Source: Bacteroidota bacterium
GTDB lineage: Bacteria; Bacteroidota; Bacteroidia; UKL13-3
Direction: 5' to 3'
Assembly (NCBI GenBank): GCA_947453415.1
Contig: CANGGG010000005.1
Span: forward strand, 2,688 to 66,687
DNA length: 64,000 nucleotides
The first letter of the stretch is position 1. Each line of letters opens with the position of its first letter. Made by a program: the position numbers and the translations under genes. Below, in pieces: positions 37,104 to 46,213 of this stretch. The notes under the pieces are model-generated. The model did no database searches and was not told where the DNA came from. It saw only the letters and a program-made list of their open reading frames with translations.

Positions 37104-39113
37104 TTAGTTCAAATAATAATTGAATCCAATTGAAACATTCCTCCCAAACTGAGGTACGCCACCCCAATCTAAGTGTTCGCGATAATTTAAATCAAGCAAA
37201 TTCTCAATACCAATGTTTAATTGAAAAGATGAAGTTTTAATTGCTTTAGCAAAAGCAACTCTAGCATTAAATATTTGCCAAGATGAAGTTTTACTTTCAC
37301 CAAAATCTATATTTATATTTTTTTGACTAGATGCTAATACATGTTCTATTTGAAACTGAAATGTATTCTTTTGATATCGCAATGTATTGACAAATTTCAA
37401 AGGTGGAACTTGCTGCATAAACTGGCCATTACTTAACAATCCATATGTAAATCGAACATTTCCTTTGTATATAATTTTCTTCAAAAGTTTAACAGTTGTA
37501 GCAGTTTCAAATCCCATAAGTTGAGCATTACTAATATTGGCATATGTTTTAACTCCTCTACCTCCTATAGTCATTGGGCTATATTTATTAAGAATATAAC
37601 CATAAATATAATTTTCAATTTGATGAAAAAATAAAGTTGTATTAAAATTCCATTTTTTCTTATCAATGGTATTTGAAAATTCCATTTGTATGGCTTTTTC
37701 TGGCGCTAAATTGTAGTTACCTATATAATCAAAACCATCGGCACGATTAAATAAATAAAAACCAATTCTTTCATTGCTAGTTGGCAATCTTTGCCCATAA
37801 CCAATTGTGAATTTATTGGTAAAAACACCTTTTTTTATTTGAAAAAACAAAGAAGAAGTAGTTAAAAAATTCTGTTTATTTTCATTCGTATTTATTCCAA
37901 ATCCTTGCCATTGTAAAACACCAAATTCATCCGTTACGTATTGATAGTTATAATCTTCTCGAATATTAAAACCAATACATTTTAGGCTATCAATATTTAA
38001 CAAATAATTAGCAGCCAAACCAATATTATACAAAAAATTCCCTGGTAAAGTTTGCATAAACATTGGCTTTTCATTGTTTGGATACATAGTCATTTCAGCT
38101 TTTGTAAATGCTTGATGTGCATCAATTCTAACATTGAAAAGTTGTTTTTTTAGTTGTATTTTATATTGAGAATAAAATCCATTGGTGTAACTCCAACTTG
38201 GCATGTCCATGTGCATAATAGTTTCAAGTCTGTGGGTATCATCCATGGCATGAGTAATGTTGTTATGGTAAAATTTTGTTTCTAAAACTTTATTATAATT
38301 ACTTGAAACAAATCGATGTGTTACAGAAAAAATATTGGCTTTTGCAAACGCAACATCCATGGGTAAAGCAGGGTAACCAATATTAGATCCATTGTCGTTT
38401 ATATAGTCGAAAATAATATGATTGGTTTTGTTTAATTGATAAGCAACACTAAAGTTCAAATTCAATTTTTCGTAACCACTATGTAAAATAGTAATGTCTC
38501 CTCCTGCTTTGTAATCATTAGCTTTTCTATATGCACCACTCATTCTTAAAGCAAATTTATTAGAGTTGGTATTTAAGCTAAATCCAATGTTTTTTGAAAG
38601 ATTGGCGAAGCCATATTGCGTATAAAAATTTATTTGTGGATGGTCTTTACAATTAAATGAAGCTTCCTTCAATTGTATGTTCAAACTTCCTCCAATGGTA
38701 CTTCCCAATAAGCCACCAGCAGTTCCTTGGTTTACTTCTAATTTACTTAAATTACTGGGTTCAACATATGTTGTAACAGGATCCATTTTATCTGTACAAG
38801 CACCGTACATTTTCATTCCATTTAAGGTAATGTTTATTTGTCCGGCACTGTAAGTTCTAAGGGTTGGTTCCATTCCAAATGCGCCTCTTCTTATTAAATT
38901 TACACCTTCTATTCGTTGTAAAATATCTTCGGTGCTAGCTAATTTGCTGCTTCTGTAAAAGTTAAATGCTTCATTGGTTTTATTGGTTTCGTTTTCGCAA
39001 ATTACTACTTCTTTCAGCGTTGTAATTTTGTTGGCTGAATCAATAGCATTGAATTGAGAAAAACCTTTAAAATAAAAAAATAGCAGTAAAATAAATACGT
39101 TTTTTTTCGACAT
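37104..39113 (-). CDS. TonB-dependent outer-membrane receptor
   Basis: 669 aa, signal peptide, plug domain (...RIEGVNLIRRGAFGMEPTLRTY...), beta-barrel with aromatic-rich strands. Confidence 0.88.
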   Translation of the reverse strand: MSKKNVFILLLFFYFKGFSQFNAIDSANKITTLKEVVICENETNKTNEAFNFYRSSKLASTEDILQRIEGVNLIRRGAFGMEPTLRTYSAGQINITLNGMKMYGACTDKMDPVTTYVEPSNLSKLEVNQGTAGGLLGSTIGGSLNIQLKEASFNCKDHPQINFYTQYGFANLSKNIGFSLNTNSNKFALRMSGAYRKANDYKAGGDITILHSGYEKLNLNFSVAYQLNKTNHIIFDYINDNGSNIGYPALPMDVAFAKANIFSVTHRFVSSNYNKVLETKFYHNNITHAMDDTHRLETIMHMDMPSWSYTNGFYSQYKIQLKKQLFNVRIDAHQAFTKAEMTMYPNNEKPMFMQTLPGNFLYNIGLAANYLLNIDSLKCIGFNIREDYNYQYVTDEFGVLQWQGFGINTNENKQNFLTTSSLFFQIKKGVFTNKFTIGYGQRLPTSNERIGFYLFNRADGFDYIGNYNLAPEKAIQMEFSNTIDKKKWNFNTTLFFHQIENYIYGYILNKYSPMTIGGRGVKTYANISNAQLMGFETATTVKLLKKIIYKGNVRFTYGLLSNGQFMQQVPPLKFVNTLRYQKNTFQFQIEHVLASSQKNINIDFGESKTSSWQIFNARVAFAKAIKTSSFQLNIGIENLLDLNYREHLDWGGVPQFGRNVSIGFNYYLN

Positions 39114-39176
39114 AATTAAATAAAAACAAAGAACATTTATATCTTAAATGCTCTTTGTTAATAATTGTTTTTAAAT

Positions 39177-40004
39177 TTATAAAGTTATATCAAACGATTG
39201 GTTATCACTAATAATAACACCATTCTTTTTGATTATAATTTTTACATTCCATAATCCTGTCATGGTAAAATTAACTAATCCTGTATAATGTCCCAATTCA
39301 GTAAAAACTGGATTTACATTATTTGGTGAACCGTGACCCATGCTAGGCATTATTGGAACTATTTCTACATTATAATCATCTACTGCTGTAAAACCCATCA
39401 ATGAATCTTTTTTATGAATAGAAATCTCGAAATTATTTAAACCAATTTTTGGTAAATTTGGCTGAATTAATGATACAAAAAGATTGGTACTGTCATTTGC
39501 AGTAAAACTTTTCATCACTGAAGTGGTTGGATTTATAATAGAAACTTCCAATTCTCCATCACCTTCCATGTCTATTTTATGGTTATGAAAAGCCATGTTT
39601 AAAGTCCATTTGCCCGCTGTACTTGGCATTATAAAAACAATGGCCGCTTTCCAAAATTTATCAGCGGGCATGGTGTCTTCTTCTAATTCTATAGGTGCTG
39701 CATGTGCTAACATTTCCATATCAACCATTATAGAATTTGCATCAAAATGGCCATTTGTTAATCGTGTATTTGTAACTGAATCATACATGGCTACAAATAT
39801 TTTATTATATCCTACAAATAGCTCTTTTTCAGCATAAACTTTTGCTTTGGCCGCAGCGCCATAAATATAGGTTTCACCAATTAATTTATAATTACTTGGA
39901 ATTTCATCTGTTGGAGTTGGTATTATTGATTCATCTTTTTTACATGCTTTTGTAGCAAGTAATATGGTAGCAAATGTAATTGCCAATATTGTTTTAAATT
40001 TCAT
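39177..40004 (-). CDS. Lipoprotein with two YtkA/FixH-like Ig-fold repeats carrying Met/His-rich motifs
   Basis: Lipobox LATKAC; MVDMEMLAHAAP...GKWTLNMAFHNH and IMPSMGHGSPNN...GLWNVKIIIKKNG; the domain name is my recollection of the family. Confidence 0.65.
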   Translation of the reverse strand: MKFKTILAITFATILLATKACKKDESIIPTPTDEIPSNYKLIGETYIYGAAAKAKVYAEKELFVGYNKIFVAMYDSVTNTRLTNGHFDANSIMVDMEMLAHAAPIELEEDTMPADKFWKAAIVFIMPSTAGKWTLNMAFHNHKIDMEGDGELEVSIINPTTSVMKSFTANDSTNLFVSLIQPNLPKIGLNNFEISIHKKDSLMGFTAVDDYNVEIVPIMPSMGHGSPNNVNPVFTELGHYTGLVNFTMTGLWNVKIIIKKNGVIISDNQSFDITL

Positions 40005-40082
40005 AAAAGGTAATTGTTTTTTTTAAAATAATTGAGGTTACGATTTTGATAAAAATCGTTCAAGTAAAATCAGTAAAATAAA

Positions 40083-40457
40083 TTAATATTTTGGTGGCTG
40101 AAATATTCTTGGCTCAAAAGCAGTTAGAAGTTTACTGCTATATTTAATAAAAAAATGAAAAGAAACAAATTGCAAAAATATATTTGAAGTGTGTTTTTCA
40201 AAAAATAAAACTTCTTCAATATTGTTCTTGTTAGTATTTGAATTAGTACTTTTGGGAGTATCAGCTTCTTCGGTGTTTTTTAAAGTATTTTTCAAATAAC
40301 ATTTACCCTTACATTTCAGTTCTGGCTTAGCTTTATTTATACAGAATAATTCTATTATTTGCTTTTGATTTATTTTAAACCAAGTAATTACACCTACCCT
40401 ATTGGTTAATTGCAATAGCATACAAAGTAAAAGCGATATGGATATCATTCTTTTCAA
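40083..40457 (-). CDS. Small Cys-motif membrane-anchored hypothetical protein
   Basis: About 121-124 aa (TTG at 40457 or ATG at 40448); N-terminal TM helix, CINKAKPELKCKGKCYL, C-terminal ...FQPPKY. Confidence 0.6.
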   Translation of the reverse strand: MKRMISISLLLCMLLQLTNRVGVITWFKINQKQIIELFCINKAKPELKCKGKCYLKNTLKNTEEADTPKSTNSNTNKNNIEEVLFFEKHTSNIFLQFVSFHFFIKYSSKLLTAFEPRIFQPPKY

Positions 40458-40464
40458 ATGATTA

Positions 40465-40472
40465 CAAAGCTA
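40465..40472 (-). promoter_or_regulatory. -7 box TAGCTTTG for the small Cys-protein/receptor genes
   Basis: Plus CAAAGCTA immediately upstream of the 40457 ORF. Confidence 0.45.
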
Positions 40473-40504
40473 ATAAAAACAATAATTAATTTTAATTATG
40501 GGTT

Positions 40505-41737
40505 TCATAATAAATGCTTAATTTTTTTAATTTTCAAATTCACAAAAAACAAAGAGAATGTAGCTAAAAACAAACACAAGGCAATGGCAAATAAAATGGT
40601 GTTCACATAAGGAATAACAGTATAACTAAATGAAGCAATTCCTTGAATAGCTAAAACAAATTCATTTAAAAATACGCCAATTGCAAAGCAAAGCAATGCA
40701 ATAATTCCACTTTTAGCATGAGATAACAAATGTGTGCTGAATAAATAAAGCAATAATAAAATAGAAATAAATGCCAATAAAACTAAATGCAAATAGGCAA
40801 TTACAATGGGCCTGAATCCAAAAGCTAATGTGCTTACAAAAGGAATGGTGGAGCCTAATTGCAATGTAAATTTTACAAAACCAGCTATGGCCACAAAGTA
40901 AATTAAAAACATAATAGTATTTGAGTATTTACTTTGTAAATGAAGGTGGTAAAAAACACTTTTTAACAATAAAATCCAGCCAACAAACTGGGTAAAGGCA
41001 GCAGCAACTACAATGATATAAAGCCAAATAGGAAGATGAGCCCAAAGTGTAGATAGAAAATATGCTGGTATACAAGACCAAAACAAAAGTCCAAATATCA
41101 ATTTATCGTTTTTTATTACCACATTAAATTTATTAGCAAGGCCAGTAAATAAACCCATGCAAGCAAAGAAGAACCAACCATTATATTGAAAATGTAAATA
41201 GAAATATACTGAAGCTAAATAAGGTGTTTGATGCAAGTTTTTAGTAACCATCATATATGCCAAAGCAACAGTTCCTAATGCAGAAAAAATGGCGAAAACT
41301 AAAGCGCCTTTGAACCATTTTATAGCTTGAAAATATTGTTTAAATTGAGTAGAATGATTAAAAAACAACTGTGTAAAAACTACAATTATAGCTACTGAAA
41401 CAGCAGAAAATGTAATAGAAAAAAAGCCATATCCTTGAATAAAAAATGAAACCAATATGCCATAAGCACTTATCAAATTTAACCAAAGTAAAATATTGTA
41501 TTTTTTTAATTGAAATAATTTTAAGAAAGGTGCAATTAAACTAACTATTAACACCAAAAGTGTTTGCGTTACCCAACCTACAAAGGCAAAGTGTGAATGG
41601 GCATGTTGCACATTTTTTTGATCGAAATAAGGGAATTCAAAACCAATTTTAAACCTCATAAGTACACCTAAACTGGCAACAATAAAAAGGTTAAACAACG
41701 CAATTTTTATCCAAAAACTGGAAGAATATTTAATCAT
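40505..41737 (-). CDS. His-rich 12-TM integral membrane protein (tentatively NnrS-like)
   Basis: 410 aa, about 12 TM helices; conserved-looking HAHSHFAFVGW, YLHFQYNGWFFF, AYLHLVLL; its ATG overlaps the regulator stop (TAATG). Confidence 0.8.
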   Translation of the reverse strand: MIKYSSSFWIKIALFNLFIVASLGVLMRFKIGFEFPYFDQKNVQHAHSHFAFVGWVTQTLLVLIVSLIAPFLKLFQLKKYNILLWLNLISAYGILVSFFIQGYGFFSITFSAVSVAIIVVFTQLFFNHSTQFKQYFQAIKWFKGALVFAIFSALGTVALAYMMVTKNLHQTPYLASVYFYLHFQYNGWFFFACMGLFTGLANKFNVVIKNDKLIFGLLFWSCIPAYFLSTLWAHLPIWLYIIVVAAAFTQFVGWILLLKSVFYHLHLQSKYSNTIMFLIYFVAIAGFVKFTLQLGSTIPFVSTLAFGFRPIVIAYLHLVLLAFISILLLLYLFSTHLLSHAKSGIIALLCFAIGVFLNEFVLAIQGIASFSYTVIPYVNTILFAIALCLFLATFSLFFVNLKIKKIKHLL

Positions 41738-42339
41738 TAAATATACAATTTTCTGTTAATAATTTGAACTTGATTTTTATTCTCCATTTTTTTAAGCGTT
41801 CTAATTACAGTTTCTACTCTTAAACCAGTTAAATTAGCTATTTCTTGGCGCGTATGAGAAATCAATAACGGAGAAATATTCGAATCATCTTTCTTTTTTA
41901 TTGAATGTAAAAATCCTAAAATTTTCAGATCTGGAGTATTATGAATAAGTTCTCGAGCTGTAATTGATTTGTTGTAAATTTTTTGAGCAAAAATTTTCAA
42001 AAAATTAAATTGAATTTTAGGATCATCTTCAATCATTTTAAAAAAACTTGCTTTAGAAAGTACCATTATTATAGAATCTTTTTGAACAATGGCTGTAGAA
42101 GGATATTTTTCGTTAATAAACAATGGAGGTTCGCCAAATCCATTTCCATCATAAAAAATTCCTTGAATGTATTCACTTCCATCGTTATGCAAATTAATTA
42201 ATTTGACTTGACCTTCGATGATTTGGTAGTAAAATTGTGCAATATCATCTTCAGAAAAAACAATTTGATTTTTTCTGAATTTTTTTGCAACACCACCCCA
42301 AGCAATCAAAATGTTTATATCAATTTGCGTACTATTCAT
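41737..42339 (-). CDS. Crp/Fnr family transcriptional regulator without any cysteine
   Basis: 200 aa; cNMP-binding beta-roll (...QIIEGQVKL...GFGEPPLF...), C-terminal HTH TRQEIANLTGLRVETVIRTLKKM. Confidence 0.88.
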   Translation of the reverse strand: MNSTQIDINILIAWGGVAKKFRKNQIVFSEDDIAQFYYQIIEGQVKLINLHNDGSEYIQGIFYDGNGFGEPPLFINEKYPSTAIVQKDSIIMVLSKASFFKMIEDDPKIQFNFLKIFAQKIYNKSITARELIHNTPDLKILGFLHSIKKKDDSNISPLLISHTRQEIANLTGLRVETVIRTLKKMENKNQVQIINRKLYI

Positions 42340-42418
42340 TATTGCAATGATATATATTAAAAATCCTTTACTTAGTTGATTTCTGTTTTTTCAAAATATG
42401 ATGAAAGTATTATAAAAT

Positions 42419-42772
42419 CTAAAATGAATCAATTTGCGTTAAAAAGGGCTGAGCTAATTTAAATGGAGCCACATTGCAGTATGCAGCTGTTAAAACCTCC
42501 ATTAATAGGTCTTTTTCTATTAATTTTAAATTTACTAAAGTCCAACCATATTTGCCGGCTCTATTTGGAACTGCATAAATGATGGAAGCATCAATCATAC
42601 AAAACAATGGCTGTTCTTCTAAACTTAATTTTACACAGCACCTATTTTCTTTTTGATTATGGGTAACAAATATTTTTCCTTTTATTTTATAACATAACAT
42701 ATTTCTATGAGGTGCTTCTGTTGTTTCAGGATATAACAATGGTAATTCTTTGAAACTTTCGTTTGAAACCAT
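42419..42772 (-). CDS. MmcQ/YjbR-like protein
   Basis: 117 aa; ...YKIKGKIFVTH...WTLVNL... pattern of the YjbR fold (from memory). Confidence 0.6.
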   Translation of the reverse strand: MVSNESFKELPLLYPETTEAPHRNMLCYKIKGKIFVTHNQKENRCCVKLSLEEQPLFCMIDASIIYAVPNRAGKYGWTLVNLKLIEKDLLMEVLTAAYCNVAPFKLAQPFLTQIDSF

Positions 42773-42774
42773 GA

Positions 42775-43344
42775 TTATTCTATTACAATTTTATATTTAT
42801 GGAGTAATCCCGAAATTCCCTCATTTGAAAATTTCGCACCTTTTACTTTATTTAATTCTAAATCTATTCCATAATGATGAGATGTTCTAAAATCTACTTT
42901 TTCAATTACACTTTGCTGGAAAACCGACATGGTTAAATCACAGTCCAAAAACTTAGATTCTGATAAATCACATTCCGAAAAATCAACTTCTTTGATGCTG
43001 CAATTTTTAAAAACAGTTTTCTTTATTTTTTTCTTAAAAAATGAGGCATAATCTAAGGTACAATTTTCAAAAGTAAATGATAGTAAAAAGTCTTTACAAC
43101 GAGCAAAATCAAGCCCTAACAGCTTACAGTTTTTAAACTTAGCATCAATAAAAGCAGTATTATTTAATTTACCTAAACTGAAATCACAATTATCGAAAAA
43201 GCATTCAACAAAACTGATGCTTGCCAAGTCGCTTTTGGAAAAATTACAGTTTATAAAATGCACGGAATCATATTCATTTTCAGGCATTTTAATCAATGTA
43301 AAATCAACTCCATTAATGGTATTTTCTTGCATGGTTTGTAGCAT
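42775..43344 (-). CDS. Pentapeptide-repeat protein (Qnr/MfpA-like size and layout)
   Basis: 189 aa of A(D/N)LXX-type repeats: FINCNFSKSDLASISFVECFFDNCDFSLGKLNNTAFIDAKFKNCKL... Confidence 0.85.
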   Translation of the reverse strand: MLQTMQENTINGVDFTLIKMPENEYDSVHFINCNFSKSDLASISFVECFFDNCDFSLGKLNNTAFIDAKFKNCKLLGLDFARCKDFLLSFTFENCTLDYASFFKKKIKKTVFKNCSIKEVDFSECDLSESKFLDCDLTMSVFQQSVIEKVDFRTSHHYGIDLELNKVKGAKFSNEGISGLLHKYKIVIE

Positions 43345-43363
43345 TATTAAAGTGTTAAATATA

Positions 43364-43849
43364 TTAGCTTTTAATTTTTATTGGAATCCATATTTCTTCC
43401 TCAGAATTAGGGTCATTGTTTTTGTATTTTGCCCCTAATAATTCAAAATGAGGCCTATTGTCAAGTTTATAATTAGAATTGGGAAGCCAAGTTTGAAAAA
43501 TATATTGAAATGTTTGAGCTGCATCACTTCCATTGCCTTTATAATCAAAAACTGCATATAATCCACCTTCCAAAACAAACGATTTCATTCCATTTGGAAA
43601 ACTTTCAAAATCAGCAACTTCAACTACAGCCCACTTTTCAAAATATGCATTGATGTCAAAATTATCAAAACTATATGTTGAGTCATAAACCTGCATTGAT
43701 ATTAAATCAGTAGAAATATTGTTTTGAATTTCTTTGCGTTTTGGCATAAAGCTGCTCCACAAATAAAAAGTTTTATTATTGGCCAAATTCATGTTTAAAT
43801 GCATGCCTACCAATTTCTTTGTTGTTAATAATTCAATTCTTGGAATCAC
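43364..43849 (-). CDS. GyrI-like (SbmC/Rob effector-binding fold) small-molecule-binding protein
   Basis: 161 aa; ...KKLVGMHLNM..., ...GGLYAVFDYKG..., ...RPHFELLG...EEEIWIPIK. Confidence 0.75.
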   Translation of the reverse strand: MIPRIELLTTKKLVGMHLNMNLANNKTFYLWSSFMPKRKEIQNNISTDLISMQVYDSTYSFDNFDINAYFEKWAVVEVADFESFPNGMKSFVLEGGLYAVFDYKGNGSDAAQTFQYIFQTWLPNSNYKLDNRPHFELLGAKYKNNDPNSEEEIWIPIKIKS

Positions 43850-43862
43850 TTTACTTTAAATT

Positions 43863-45209
43863 TTATTTCCTTGGCTGTGCTTTTATCCAATTTGCAATAT
43901 CATCAATTACATATACAGGAACATTACTTCTTATAGCATATTCATCTGGAGTTGATTTCCCCTCACCTTCTAAAAACATATGATTCAGTTTTTGAAACGA
44001 AGTAAATTGGTAATTGGGATTGTTATTCAATGTTGTTTTCCATTTTAAATATTCAGAAAATGGTACTTGATAATCGCGTTCGCCCTGTAATACTAAAACA
44101 GGTTTTTTATTATTTTTAGCCAATGTTATCATATTTAAATTATTCAAATAATTCCAGTAACTAAAAGGATACATTGCAGGCAAACTATCATTGGGAAAGG
44201 TGTTTGGCAAATTTAATATTTTAGCATAATTGGCTTGAATTACCATGTTATCAAATAATGTAGAATCAGCTTTTGTTTTTGCTTGTATAGGCTTTAAATA
44301 TTCAAACTGATAAAGCATTAAATCTTGAAAACTAGTGTAATTTCCTGCAGCCATAATTGCACCCGCTACTTTTTTATTTTGTTTTAAAAACAAGGGCATT
44401 AAACCCGCACCTTGACTATGACCCATTAAGTAAATTCTTTTGGGATCAATTGCATTTTTTTTACTTACTTTATTTACCAATTCTTTTAAATCGGCTAAAT
44501 ATTCTTGCTCAATGGTATAATAATTTCCGTTTTTATGCCGCTCCATTATTTTACCAAAATAAGCCTTTGTTCTTTTATCGAACCTGAGCGTTGCAATTCC
44601 ATTACTGGCTAATCCCCATGCAAAATCTTTATAAATTCTATTTGGCCCAATGGTCGCATCTTTATCTATTGGACCGCTTCCACCAATAATAATTACACAA
44701 GGATATTTTTTTTCTTGAATGGGTACAGTAAGAATTGCTTCGTTTTCAAAACCAACGGGACCAAATTGAATTTTTATTTCATAGAAACCAAAAGTATTAA
44801 TATATGCGGGAATATTATACATTGGATCAGCTTCAACTATGTATATTCCACTAATTTGCCATTTTAAATTAAAAGATAAACGCAATCCTACCGCACCATT
44901 TTTGAATTTCAGTTTGGTTGTTGTAACATGAAATGAGTCTAAATAATTATACCTGGTAGCTCCTATTTCATTTAAATCGCCATTAACAGCCGCTAAACTT
45001 TCCCAAATACTTTGAAATCTTTCAGGTGTTATTTTCCTGAGCATAACTTCATCACAAAAAGTATAAGCTTTTTCAAATTGATCTAATTTAAACAAATCAA
45101 TTATTTCAAGTGCTTTTAGAGCGGCTAATGACTCATTTTTTTGAGCAATTGCATGGGCAAAAAAGAAAGAAAGTATTAGTGCAACAAAATACTTTGTGTA
45201 AATTTTCAT
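43863..45209 (-). CDS. Secreted alpha/beta hydrolase with an N-terminal accessory domain
   Basis: 448 aa, signal peptide, nucleophile elbow GHSQGA, C-terminal His region NHMF. Confidence 0.8.
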   Translation of the reverse strand: MKIYTKYFVALILSFFFAHAIAQKNESLAALKALEIIDLFKLDQFEKAYTFCDEVMLRKITPERFQSIWESLAAVNGDLNEIGATRYNYLDSFHVTTTKLKFKNGAVGLRLSFNLKWQISGIYIVEADPMYNIPAYINTFGFYEIKIQFGPVGFENEAILTVPIQEKKYPCVIIIGGSGPIDKDATIGPNRIYKDFAWGLASNGIATLRFDKRTKAYFGKIMERHKNGNYYTIEQEYLADLKELVNKVSKKNAIDPKRIYLMGHSQGAGLMPLFLKQNKKVAGAIMAAGNYTSFQDLMLYQFEYLKPIQAKTKADSTLFDNMVIQANYAKILNLPNTFPNDSLPAMYPFSYWNYLNNLNMITLAKNNKKPVLVLQGERDYQVPFSEYLKWKTTLNNNPNYQFTSFQKLNHMFLEGEGKSTPDEYAIRSNVPVYVIDDIANWIKAQPRK

Positions 45210-45218
45210 AAATAATTT

Positions 45219-46202
45219 TTAAATAAAATATTGGTAAATAACTGCGGCAATTACTAATGACAAAAACAAGAATTCTTTTAAAATTACAAGTTTTTTATTC
45301 ATAAAATAATTAGCCATTACAATACTTACGGGAACAGATAAATAACAAATAGCAAAAACCACATTATGGTCTTCTATTAATGTTAAAAGTACTGATATTA
45401 CAATGAACAAAACTAATGTTATTAATATTCTTCGTGTTTTTACTTTGTTCTTAAAATAATTCAGTTGTAGTGAAATTCCCGAAGCAAAAACAATGACAGT
45501 GATTAAAAACCATGGAATTATTTTGTTCCAATTAATGCTAATACTATTTAAATAATTTCTATTCAAACTATTATTAATAATTATAATTAAATCGTTCAAA
45601 TTATCCATCATAAAAAATAAAACTCCAAGTAAATAGATGGGTAATATTAGTCCAAAAATACTTGCTAAAATGAAACGAATATTGAAGTAAGTCATCAGTA
45701 TTACACTGATTAAAATAAAAGGCAAATAAATTAAGGTATCGTAGTTAAAAAGCACCGCCATACCTAAGTATAAACCACTGTCGAGTACAATGTATAAAGG
45801 TTTCTCGGATTCGTATAAGTTACAAAGCCTTTGAAACATAAGTATAATAAATAAGTTAGCAATAAGCTGTGGATTTAAAAACATTTGCTGAGGATAAAAA
45901 CTATTAAGCAGCACAAAAAGTAAAGCAGGTAAAAAACTATCTTTAATTAATATTGTATGTTTTACTACTAAATGATTAACCATCCAGGCTTGAAGTACAA
46001 CTAAAAAACTTGCTGAAACAGCACTAAAAAAATAATAATCATCAAAAGTACTAACCCAACTAAATATAAATTGAGCTAAGGGAGCATTAATATTTAAATC
46101 AATTGGAATTACGCGGAGAAAAGGCAATAATCGTATTAGAACTGTAAAAACAATTAAAAATACGAATGCGAATATGCTGTTGTTTCTAAATAAATTTAAC
46201 AA
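45219..46202 (-). CDS. Polytopic membrane protein of unknown function
   Basis: 327 aa, about 9 TM helices, no recognisable motif. Confidence 0.7.
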   Translation of the reverse strand: MLNLFRNNSIFAFVFLIVFTVLIRLLPFLRVIPIDLNINAPLAQFIFSWVSTFDDYYFFSAVSASFLVVLQAWMVNHLVVKHTILIKDSFLPALLFVLLNSFYPQQMFLNPQLIANLFIILMFQRLCNLYESEKPLYIVLDSGLYLGMAVLFNYDTLIYLPFILISVILMTYFNIRFILASIFGLILPIYLLGVLFFMMDNLNDLIIIINNSLNRNYLNSISINWNKIIPWFLITVIVFASGISLQLNYFKNKVKTRRILITLVLFIVISVLLTLIEDHNVVFAICYLSVPVSIVMANYFMNKKLVILKEFLFLSLVIAAVIYQYFI

Positions 46203-46213
46203 TGTTGTGGTGC

